From assembly GCA_051715425.1 (NCBI GenBank), contig JBPXJS010000041.1, positions 336,360 through 400,359 of the forward strand: a DNA stretch of 64,000 nt. Direction: 5' to 3'. Positions within the stretch are counted from its first letter, which is position 1; each line of letters opens with the position of its first letter. Below the pieces are notes generated by a model. The model worked only from the letters and a program-made list of their open reading frames with translations. It was not told the DNA's origin and searched no databases. A program made the position numbers and the translations under genes. The stretch comes from Bacteroidota bacterium (lineage in GTDB: Bacteria > Bacteroidota > Bacteroidia > UKL13-3). Below, one piece after another: positions 56,426-64,000 of the stretch.

Positions 56426-57630
56426 ATACACTCAAACTAATAAAGAATCACACAGGAAAACTTGTTCCCCTTGCGCTTAGCACATTAAATCCGGCTAATT
56501 TTACGGTGCTTGTAAAAAATGCCTTTAGTCTATTATCAAGCCAGCAATGGGAAAACTACATTCTCAAAAACAACAAAAAACACACAGAACTGGCAAAGAA
56601 GTCACTCAACTGGCTAAAACATTCTCAGGATGTTATTGGATCAGGAGGCGTGGGCTGTTATGAATTTTACAGGTGGACCAAAGGTTATCCTGAAGTAACC
56701 GGATACATTATACCAACCTTTTGGGATGCATACCATTTATTTGGTGACGAAGAATATAAACAAAGAGCCATTAGAATGGCTGATTGGGAATTGGGTTTAC
56801 AAAAACCGGAAGGCGGATGGGAAGGCTTTTATGAAGGTGACGGCCAACCTCCCGTAGTTTTTAATTCCGGTCAGGTGCTGAGGGGACTTATCAGAACATA
56901 CAAAGAAACCAACGAACAAAAATACCTTGATGCGGCCATTAAAGGAGCTGATTGGATAGTTGGAACTCAGGATGCAGACGGTAGCTGGACCAGCACCAAC
57001 TTTAAACAAATGAAACGGGTGTACGATACTTACGTTACTGCACCCATTGCAGAATTGTATCAGATTACCAAAAACGAAAAGTATAAAGAAAGCTGCATCA
57101 GAAACTGCGATTTTGTATTGAAACACCAACATGCCAATGGCTGGTTTGAGCTTTGTGATAATACGTTGCTGAACAATGAAGCTCCTGTTACCCATACCTT
57201 ATCGTATACCACAGATGGATTAATTGAAACCGGACAACGGCTAGGAATTGATAAATATATTCAGGCCGGTAAACTTGCAGCAGAAGCTATGATGCATAAA
57301 GCTGAAATTTTACCGGTAATGCCAGCACGACTTGATAAGGACTGGAAAAAAAGAGCCAATTATGTTTGTAATACAGGTAACGCACAATTAGGTATTATCC
57401 TCATGAGACTGTATGAAATAACAGGAGAAGCCCGCTACATGAACACTGCTCTAAAACTGGCCGATTTCCTTGCCTATATCCAGCAACTGAATAGTGTGGG
57501 AGCACACCGCACCGGAGGAATAACAGGATCTTATCCGATATGGGGAATGTATTGCCCGCTGAAATACCCATCGTGGGCAAGTAAATATTATACCGATCTT
57601 TTATTCTATATCCATAAGCATGCTAAATAA
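56422..57630 (+). CDS. Alpha/alpha-toroid repeat protein with terpenoid-cyclase / prenyltransferase-like QW repeats. Function unknown.
   Basis: Repeats LQKPEGGWEG, TQDADGSWTS and HQHANGWFEL spaced about 45-55 aa apart. Confidence 0.4.
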   Translation: MNTLKLIKNHTGKLVPLALSTLNPANFTVLVKNAFSLLSSQQWENYILKNNKKHTELAKKSLNWLKHSQDVIGSGGVGCYEFYRWTKGYPEVTGYIIPTFWDAYHLFGDEEYKQRAIRMADWELGLQKPEGGWEGFYEGDGQPPVVFNSGQVLRGLIRTYKETNEQKYLDAAIKGADWIVGTQDADGSWTSTNFKQMKRVYDTYVTAPIAELYQITKNEKYKESCIRNCDFVLKHQHANGWFELCDNTLLNNEAPVTHTLSYTTDGLIETGQRLGIDKYIQAGKLAAEAMMHKAEILPVMPARLDKDWKKRANYVCNTGNAQLGIILMRLYEITGEARYMNTALKLADFLAYIQQLNSVGAHRTGGITGSYPIWGMYCPLKYPSWASKYYTDLLFYIHKHAK

Positions 57631-58372
57631 AGACACGCTTTCAGAGCAAATCGCATTTATCTCCATTAATCCTTCGGGTAAATTTGTAAAATCGGCTCAG
57701 CTGGGATTTGACAAGGTTGGTTTGCGGCCTAAGTTTATGATTTATGTAAACCCCGGAGGGAGGATAAAAAAAGAATTTAAAAAATATCGCCTTGGCATAT
57801 TCACTCAGTTTTTACTTCCAAAATTCAAACAACACTTTGGCAATAAACAAAGCTTTTCCAACGAGGTCATAAACATTCCCATTCCGGTTATCCATAAAGT
57901 AAGTTCATTAAACAGTGACGAAACAGTAAAGTTTATTACCGACAACAAGATTAAATACCTGGTGAATTGTGGTGCCGGAATTTTCAGAAAAAAAATCACT
58001 TCCATTCAAGGCATTCAAATCATTAATGCCCATGCCGGGAAACTTCCTCACTACAGAAATATGAATGTGGTGGAATGGGCACTGCTGAATGGAGAACCTG
58101 TTATCGGAACCATTCATCTGATTGATAGCGGAATTGATACCGGACCAATTCTTTATGAAGAAGAATTAAAGATTAGTGGTGCTGATCACCTGATACCTGC
58201 AAGGGAAATGGCTTTTGATCAGGTCATACAACTGGCAGGTAAAACCGTGCTTGCACTTGCCGAAGAAACATTAAACATCAAACCACAGCCTAAAGAGGGT
58301 AAAAAATGGTATACCATGCATCCCTTCTTTAAGGAAAAACTGAACAGAAAACTGGCCTCTGCGGGCAGGTAA
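57620..58372 (+). CDS. Formyltransferase-domain protein (short form).
   Basis: INAHAGKLPHYRNMNVVEWALLNG and IHLIDSGIDTGPILYEE. Confidence 0.65.
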   Translation: MLNKDTLSEQIAFISINPSGKFVKSAQLGFDKVGLRPKFMIYVNPGGRIKKEFKKYRLGIFTQFLLPKFKQHFGNKQSFSNEVINIPIPVIHKVSSLNSDETVKFITDNKIKYLVNCGAGIFRKKITSIQGIQIINAHAGKLPHYRNMNVVEWALLNGEPVIGTIHLIDSGIDTGPILYEEELKISGADHLIPAREMAFDQVIQLAGKTVLALAEETLNIKPQPKEGKKWYTMHPFFKEKLNRKLASAGR

Positions 58373-58396
58373 AATTATTCTGTCCAACTCTTTTTC

Positions 58397-59617
58397 ATGA
58401 AAATTCTTATCCTCACCCAATACTTTCCTCCTGAAACAGGTGCACCACAAAACCGGTTGCATTCACTTGCCAGTTATTTAAGTGAATTTGGCGCAGAGGT
58501 GAGCATCCTTACGGCCATGCCCAACTATCCCAAAATGGAAATATATGAGGGGTATACAGGTAAATTCTTTAAAAAGGAAACCGATGGACCGCTTACCGTT
58601 TACAGAAGCTGGATATATGTAAAAAAGAGCAAGGGGGTTTTGGCCCGGCTTCTTAATTATTTTTCTTTTGTATTCTCTTCTCTTTTTATTGGACTTTTCA
58701 GGGTACCACGACATGATCTGATCATATGTGAATCCCCTCCCCTTTTTCTGGGAATCACAGCCCTACTTCTTAAATGGATAAAAAGCAGTAAACTTGATTT
58801 TAATGTATCCGACTTATGGCCTGAAAGTGCCGAAAAGCTGGGTATCGTAAACAATAAGATCATGCTTGGACTTTCATATAAACTGGAATCCTTTATTTAT
58901 AAAAATGCCAACCTGGTGAGCGGACAAACCCAAGGTATCATTACCAGCATCAATCAACGATTCCCAAAAGTAAATACCCACCTCTTCCGAAACGGAATTG
59001 ATACCAAACAATTCTCTACAGAAGGAAACAGATCAGGGTTCAGAAACAAATATGGGATGTTGGAATCCGATTTTGTTATTGCATACGCAGGCATAATAGG
59101 ACATGCTCAGGGGTTGGAGGTAATTATACATGCAGCAAAAGAACTGAGTGCATATCCTCAGATAAAATTTTTGATTGTAGGTGACGGCCCTGAGAAACCG
59201 AAACTAATTGAGCTTACGGCACAACTGGGTCTTACCCATATTATTTTCGTTAACAATGTTCCAAGAAGTGAAATGCCTGATGTGGTAGCAGCATGCGATT
59301 GTTATGTAACTCCCCTCAGGAAAAATGATTTGTTCCTGGGAGCAATCCCTTCCAAAATTTTTGAACCACTTAGTTTTGGTAAGCCTGTGCTTTTGGGTGT
59401 GGATGGGGAAGCAAAGGAGTTATTTGTTGACACCGGACATTGTGCCCTACACTTTGAGCCGGAAAATGCATCACATCTGGCACAGCAGGCGTTAAAACTG
59501 TTTAATAACAAAACGCTCTTGCATGAGTTAGGGGCAAACGGAAGGCTTTATGTAAGAAATAATTTCGACAGACAGGTACTCGCAAAATCTTTATGGCAGA
59601 AACTACAAACTATATAA
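58397..59617 (+). CDS. GT4-family glycosyltransferase, WbuB-like.
   Basis: MKILILTQYFPPETGAPQNR is the WbuB-type N-terminus. Confidence 0.8.
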   Translation: MKILILTQYFPPETGAPQNRLHSLASYLSEFGAEVSILTAMPNYPKMEIYEGYTGKFFKKETDGPLTVYRSWIYVKKSKGVLARLLNYFSFVFSSLFIGLFRVPRHDLIICESPPLFLGITALLLKWIKSSKLDFNVSDLWPESAEKLGIVNNKIMLGLSYKLESFIYKNANLVSGQTQGIITSINQRFPKVNTHLFRNGIDTKQFSTEGNRSGFRNKYGMLESDFVIAYAGIIGHAQGLEVIIHAAKELSAYPQIKFLIVGDGPEKPKLIELTAQLGLTHIIFVNNVPRSEMPDVVAACDCYVTPLRKNDLFLGAIPSKIFEPLSFGKPVLLGVDGEAKELFVDTGHCALHFEPENASHLAQQALKLFNNKTLLHELGANGRLYVRNNFDRQVLAKSLWQKLQTI

Positions 59618-60264
59618 TAAAAGATGCAAAGGCGGATGATTTGAAAACAATTGCCCGTTGCCACAAAGCCGCTTTCCCCGATTCTTTAACAAGTCTGTTG
59701 GGTATTGGATTTATTGCCGACATGCTAAAATGGTACCTGAGCGGTTCAAATAAGTTTTTATACTGGATAGAAGAGAACGGAAAGTGTATTGGCTACTGCG
59801 GAGGATATCTGATGGATGGGCGCGATGCATACGGGGCAAGTTCAGGCATGACCCAATTTGGTTTTAACAGCGCGCTTCGCGCCATGATTTTCAGGCCATG
59901 GTTGTTTTTTCACCCGGAAATATTAGCCAAATACAAATTTATCTGGACCAATATAAAACGAAGGCTGATCAAACAACCAGCAACGGTTAAACAGGAGAAT
60001 ACAAAAAGCACCTCATCAAAATCCGGCAATCAATTACAGGCAGGGCTGGTAGTAATTGGGGTTTCTCCTGAACTTCATAAAAAAGGTTTAGGAACCTTGC
60101 TGCAACAGGAGTTTGAAAGACGTGCCTTAAACATGGGAGCAACTGTTTTATCCCTTTCTGTAAGAAAAGTGAACAACAAAGCCATCTCCTCCTACCAGCG
60201 AAATGGCTGGAATATCACTGACGAAAACGGCCCGTCTCATATTATGACCAAACGCATCAATTAG
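59593..60264 (+). CDS. GNAT-family N-acetyltransferase.
   Basis: VVIGVSPELHKKGLGTLLQQEFERRA (acetyl-CoA pocket Q/R-x-x-G-x-G/A). Confidence 0.55.
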   Translation: MAETTNYIIKDAKADDLKTIARCHKAAFPDSLTSLLGIGFIADMLKWYLSGSNKFLYWIEENGKCIGYCGGYLMDGRDAYGASSGMTQFGFNSALRAMIFRPWLFFHPEILAKYKFIWTNIKRRLIKQPATVKQENTKSTSSKSGNQLQAGLVVIGVSPELHKKGLGTLLQQEFERRALNMGATVLSLSVRKVNNKAISSYQRNGWNITDENGPSHIMTKRIN

Positions 60265-60289
60265 TGCAAAGTGTTTAGTGCAAAGTGCT
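60262..60289. repeat. Tandem 14-bp direct repeat (TAGTGCAAAGTGTT / TAGTGCAAAGTGCT) overlapping the stop codon of the upstream gene.
   Basis: Read directly from the sequence. Confidence 0.6.
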
Positions 60290-60353
60290 CGGTTAGCATG
60301 TAAATAATAAGCTTGAGTTTGTTCGTTCAAAGTTGGCCATTTAACGCATTCGC

Positions 60354-60409
60354 ACATTAACACTTCGACACCTCAACACCTCAACACATTAACACCTCAA
60401 CGCATCTAC
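60354..60409. repeat. Seven tandem 8-bp units ACMTYRAC (ACATTAAC ACTTCGAC ACCTCAAC ACCTCAAC ACATTAAC ACCTCAAC GCATCTAC) in a 184-bp intergenic region.
   Basis: Read directly. The 8-bp period is less than one helical turn. It is not CRISPR-like: no spacers, and the units are too short. Confidence 0.6.
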
Positions 60410-60448
60410 CAACTGGCCGGTGTTTTCAACTAACCAGGAATAAAAATA

Positions 60449-61201
60449 TTGATCTACTTCACCCACGATATAGACTGGCTTTCTCCTTCTCATCCGTATT
60501 CCATTATCAAGTCTTTAACTCATGCAGATAAATGGATAGGATTAGGGCAAATATCAGATAAAAATCTTTTTCTTAGGGAGATTGAAGCGTTGCTTTCAAC
60601 TGATATCACACTCCAGATAAATCCGGTATGGTTAATAGGTGCGCCAAAATCAGGAAGTTTTACACGTTACGGGTTACGTTACCATATTGGTGATACAAAT
60701 TACATGAAATGCTTATCCCTTCTTTTGGAGGCAGGTGTAGAAACGGGGCTTCATAGTATCAACTCGGAATCTTTTACTGAACAGGTAACCACATTGAGTT
60801 CCCTGCTGCAAAAACCAGTAAAATATCACAGAAGTCACTTTCTGAAATTTAGCACAAAAGAACTTACAGAGAATCTCATTAAGCACCACGTGAAGGTTGA
60901 TTTCAGTTTTGGTCACGCCAGAAATATTGCACTTCCGGGGTTACCTGTTTCTTCGGATCATGGTATTCGCTTTATTCCCACCGTCCTCTTCGACAATATA
61001 TTTTTCTTTGAACAACCTGCTGTTATTTTTAATATGCTCAGAAAGGTTCTTGCAGAATCAGCAAAACTAAAGCAGGATATTTCCATTCTCTTCCATCCGG
61101 AAAATTTCGTTTTAAAGCCCGCCCTGCACCAACATTATGCTGAAGTGATTCGCATTTGTAAAAATGAAGGTGATATCTTTAACCCTAAAGTTGAGGCATA
61201 A
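60449..61201 (+). CDS. Hypothetical protein (possible deacetylase or TIM-barrel-like fold).
   Basis: 250 aa. No confident motif. Coding potential is supported by length and codon usage consistent with its neighbours. Confidence 0.3.
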   Translation: MIYFTHDIDWLSPSHPYSIIKSLTHADKWIGLGQISDKNLFLREIEALLSTDITLQINPVWLIGAPKSGSFTRYGLRYHIGDTNYMKCLSLLLEAGVETGLHSINSESFTEQVTTLSSLLQKPVKYHRSHFLKFSTKELTENLIKHHVKVDFSFGHARNIALPGLPVSSDHGIRFIPTVLFDNIFFFEQPAVIFNMLRKVLAESAKLKQDISILFHPENFVLKPALHQHYAEVIRICKNEGDIFNPKVEA

Positions 61202-61387
61202 CCGGATTTCACCGCACCCCTAACTTTTATTTGCAGCCTTTCCCATTAGCTAAGGGCATCTCTTTTGGCTTTCTTTTAATGACTGTTGTTCTGCAGTCGC
61301 ATCCCCACCATCTTATTTATTTAGCGATTTTCATCTGAAAATCCTTATTTCGCAGGTATTGTTTATACTTAATACTTAAAGATACCT

Positions 61388-62599
61388 ATGCTGCCATTTT
61401 CTCCTCCGCACATCGACCAAAAAATTATTGATGAAGTAATCGATACCCTAAAATCCGGTTGGATTACTACAGGCCCAAAAACAAAAAAGTTCGAAAAAGA
61501 GCTTACTGCATATGCAGGAAACAAAGCCACCCTTTGCTTAAATTCAGCCACAGCCGGGTTAGAAATTATGCTGCGCTGGTTTGGTGTTCAGGAGGGGGAT
61601 GAGGTGATTTTGCCGGCATATACATACAGTGCAACAGCTAATGTGATTGTGCATTGCGGAGCCAAGCCTGTTTTTGTCGATATCGGAGATGACTTTAATA
61701 TTTCTGTGAATCAGATAGCCCAGGCAGTTACAGAGCGTACAAAAGTAATCATGCCGGTTGATTTCGGTGGTTATCCTTGTGATTACAATGGTATCAACGC
61801 ATTGGTAAATAAGCCTGAGATAAAAAGCCTGTTTAAACCAGCAACAAAAGAACAGGAACAATTGGGGAGAATAATGGTACTTTCAGATGCTGCGCATTCC
61901 ATAGGAGGATTTTACAACAGTAAACGTACCGGTTCATTAACAGATGTATCTGTTTTTTCTTTTCATGCCGTAAAAAACCTTACCACTGCAGAAGGCGGAG
62001 CCATTGCCCTCAATCTGCCACCTCCATTTGATAATGAAGAAATATACAAATACCTGTGTATAAAAACGCTTCATGGCCAGAACAAAGATGCCCTGGCCAA
62101 AAGTATACCTGGTAACTGGCGCTACGATATTATTGAAGCCGGTTATAAGATGAATATGACAGATATTATGGCCTCTATAGGCCTGGTTGAACTGGAGCGG
62201 TACGACAGGGAAATCCTTCCGGAAAGGAAGCAGATTTTTGAACAGTATACAGAAACATTTAAGCAATATAGCTGGGCTATCATTCCTGAGTATGCCAATG
62301 ATGTAGCCATATCATCCTACCACCTGTACCCGCTAAGAATTAAAGGGGCAACTGAGAAACAAAGGGATGCAGTTATTGCTAAGATATTTGAAAAGCAGGT
62401 TTCGGTTAATGTTCATTTTATACCCGTTCCTATGATGAGTTTTTATGTGAACAGGGGTTATGATATAACCAACTACCCTAAAACCTATAATATGTATTGT
62501 AATGAGATTTCTTTACCTGTTTATGTTGGATTAACACCTGATAAGGTAAAACAGGTAACTGATGCTGTAATTCAATCCATTCAGGAAGTAATGGGATAA
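61388..62599 (+). CDS. DegT/DnrJ/EryC1-family PLP aminotransferase, PglE/WbpE-like (UDP-4-keto-sugar aminotransferase).
   Basis: FSPPHIDQKIIDEV and FSFHAVKNLTTAEGGAI (PLP Lys). Confidence 0.8.
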   Translation: MLPFSPPHIDQKIIDEVIDTLKSGWITTGPKTKKFEKELTAYAGNKATLCLNSATAGLEIMLRWFGVQEGDEVILPAYTYSATANVIVHCGAKPVFVDIGDDFNISVNQIAQAVTERTKVIMPVDFGGYPCDYNGINALVNKPEIKSLFKPATKEQEQLGRIMVLSDAAHSIGGFYNSKRTGSLTDVSVFSFHAVKNLTTAEGGAIALNLPPPFDNEEIYKYLCIKTLHGQNKDALAKSIPGNWRYDIIEAGYKMNMTDIMASIGLVELERYDREILPERKQIFEQYTETFKQYSWAIIPEYANDVAISSYHLYPLRIKGATEKQRDAVIAKIFEKQVSVNVHFIPVPMMSFYVNRGYDITNYPKTYNMYCNEISLPVYVGLTPDKVKQVTDAVIQSIQEVMG

Positions 62600-62644
62600 G
62601 GATGTTTTGAAAGATGATGGCAGGATTGTAAACTTGCAATCACT

Positions 62645-63232
62645 TTGAAACGCCTTTTTGATATTCTATTCAGCCTCATTGGCATACTACTCCTTTCACC
62701 GGTTTTTCTGTTGTTATGGCTGCTTATTAGAATGGAATCCAAAGGGCCTGCCGTTTTTACCCAAATGCGCGTTGGACTTAACAACAGCAACTTTACCCTT
62801 TATAAGTTCCGCAGCATGTATTCAGATGCCGAAAAAAGGGGACAACTTACGGTAGGCATGCGTGACCCAAGGATTACCAAAGTTGGTTATTACCTGAGAC
62901 GGTTTAAACTCGATGAATTACCCCAATTATTTAATGTACTTAATGGCAGTATGAGTTTTGTAGGGCCCAGGCCCGAAGTAAGGCGCTATGTGGATTATTA
63001 CACGCATGAACAATTAAAAGTGCTTTCCGTAAGGCCGGGAATTACAGATTTTGCATCCCTGAAATATTATAAGGAAAATGAATTACTGGGTAAAGCCAGC
63101 GACCCTGAAAAGGAGTACATTCAGGTAATTATGCCTGAAAAACTGGCTCTTAACCTGGAGTATATTAAGAAAAACTCTTTACTGAAAGATATCGTAATTA
63201 TAGTACAAACCATTATCAAAATAATAACCTGA
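62645..63232 (+). CDS. Small (PglC/WecA-unrelated monotopic) phosphoglycosyl transferase of the bacterial sugar transferase family. It initiates the repeat unit on undecaprenyl phosphate.
   Basis: MKRLFDILFSLIGILLLSP, YKFRSM and DELPQLFNVLNGSMSFVGPRP are PglC-family motifs. 195 aa. Confidence 0.85.
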   Translation: MKRLFDILFSLIGILLLSPVFLLLWLLIRMESKGPAVFTQMRVGLNNSNFTLYKFRSMYSDAEKRGQLTVGMRDPRITKVGYYLRRFKLDELPQLFNVLNGSMSFVGPRPEVRRYVDYYTHEQLKVLSVRPGITDFASLKYYKENELLGKASDPEKEYIQVIMPEKLALNLEYIKKNSLLKDIVIIVQTIIKIIT

Positions 63233-63292
63233 TAATAAATAGTTTGGATTTGTATATAATAGTTTCTTTATATTCGTAAAGTTAAAGATAAA

Positions 63293-64000
63293 ATGAGCTT
63301 ACTCTACTCCTTATTCCCCAAAACCGGCAATGCACCGCGGTGGCTGATCTTCTCAATTGACATATTTATTTGTGTTTTCTCTTTTATTTCAGCAACACTC
63401 CTTCGGTTTAATTTCTTTATTGAGGATGCTTTTAACCCGGAATATTTCTATACTTTACCCCTTGTTCTGGCTATCAGAATCCTGTTTATCCTTTATTTCC
63501 GGATTTATGCAGGCATTATTCGCCATACCAGCGTGCAGGATGCCATCCGGGTGTTTTATACCATTACTTTCAGCACCATTGTTATCAGTATCATCAATAT
63601 TATTTACACCAAAATTAACCTGGATACCAAGGCACTTATTCCTGTATCTATTATTATTATTGATTATATAGGTACCACCTTGCTAATGAATTCTTTCAGG
63701 GTTGCGGCCAAGGTGATGTATATGCAGATTAACCGGCCCGATGAATCCAATATTACCAATTTTGCTGTTTTTGGTGCCGGAGAGGCCGGTATTATTGCCA
63801 AAAGAAAACTGGAACAAAATGGCAGCCGGGATATTAAGGTGGTAGCCTTTTTTGATGATGACCAGAAGAAATACAAAAATTATGTTGATGGTGTAACCAT
63901 TTACCATGGCGGAAGAGACCTGGAAACCGTCATTAAAAAACTCAATATAAAAGAAGTGGTTATTTCGCCTCAGGATATTTCTAAATCAAGAAAGCAGGAA
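63293..64000 (+). CDS. N-terminal part of a PglF/CapD/WbpM-like membrane-anchored UDP-GlcNAc 4,6-dehydratase (open to the window end, and absent from the ORF track because there is no in-window stop).
   Basis: ATG at 63293. 236 codons with no stop. Four N-terminal TM helices, then FAVFGAGEAGIIAKRK Rossmann and VAFFDDD. Confidence 0.7.
   Translation, partial: MSLLYSLFPKTGNAPRWLIFSIDIFICVFSFISATLLRFNFFIEDAFNPEYFYTLPLVLAIRILFILYFRIYAGIIRHTSVQDAIRVFYTITFSTIVISIINIIYTKINLDTKALIPVSIIIIDYIGTTLLMNSFRVAAKVMYMQINRPDESNITNFAVFGAGEAGIIAKRKLEQNGSRDIKVVAFFDDDQKKYKNYVDGVTIYHGGRDLETVIKKLNIKEVVISPQDISKSRKQE

Noticed and set aside
60354-60409. Possible CRISPR array
   Set aside because: The units are only 8 bp and directly adjacent, with no spacers. 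There are no cas genes. It is a simple microsatellite-like tandem repeat.
166-63907. All minus-strand ORFs in the six-frame track (60-174 aa; e.g. 27988-28512, 26544-27047, 23975-24430, 31905-32306)
   Set aside because: Every one lies inside a well-supported + strand gene. They have low-complexity or Lys/Phe-rich translations with no motifs. Their lengths are typical of chance antisense ORFs in AT-rich DNA. There is no intergenic space to host them.
1-64000. Mobile element, prophage, or defence island (restriction-modification, toxin-antitoxin, Cas, abortive-infection genes)
   Set aside because: No integrase, transposase, recombinase, nuclease, methyltransferase or ATPase signatures were found. 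Gene content is uniformly glycan biosynthesis, and all genes share strand and codon usage.

Overview
Nearly the whole window is one co-directional (+ strand) glycan biosynthesis super-locus. It looks like a capsule or O-antigen locus from a Bacteroidota-like genome: there is an UpxY/NusG-paralog antiterminator, the codons are AT-rich, and the genes are tightly packed and often overlap by 1-4 bp. I count about 60 genes. There is no rRNA, tRNA, CRISPR array, transposase or integrase. Every minus-strand ORF in the track is short and nested inside a + strand gene, so I treat them all as spurious.

Main content of the locus:
- A complete pseudaminic-acid pathway: PseB, PseC, a GNAT acetyltransferase (PseH candidate), PseG, PseI and a cytidylyltransferase.
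- A second, legionaminic/neuraminic-type module: a NeuB/LegI-like synthase, a NeuC/LegG-like hydrolysing 2-epimerase and a NeuA/LegF-like CMP-transferase. A PglF/PglE/PglC-like diNAcBac module sits at the 3' end.
- A third, divergent NeuB-family synthase with an SpsF-like cytidylyltransferase.
- Two amide-to-amidine type amidotransferase systems: a WbuX/HisH/HisF-like trio and an AsnB/PseA-like enzyme.
- Five methionyl-tRNA-formyltransferase-like paralogs.
- Three deacetylases: two NodB-type and one LmbE-type.
- An FkbH-like HAD-IIIC loader, an acyl carrier protein, a MaoC-SDR fusion, a CapK-like adenylating enzyme and a Cj1295-like DUF4910 protein. Together these point to ACP-dependent non-acetyl N-acylation of the sugars (glyceroyl or hydroxyacyl).
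- A NodU-family carbamoyltransferase.
- An MBOAT O-acyltransferase with a putative partner protein.
- An APH-fold kinase followed by a nucleotidyltransferase-HAD fusion.
- A KpsS-like and a TagF-like GT-B transferase.
- Wzx and Wzy.
- Seven GT4/GT2 glycosyltransferases.
- Several FemAB/GNAT-like acyltransferases.

The most interesting candidate for a previously undescribed system is the combination of several nonulosonic acids with an unusually rich set of tailoring chemistries: formyl, acetamidino, ACP-delivered acyl, carbamoyl and O-acyl groups, and a possible phospho-substituent. A G8 homopolymer sits inside the HisH-like gene and is a candidate phase-variation switch. All functional calls come from reading motifs in the six-frame translations. 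No database search was run.
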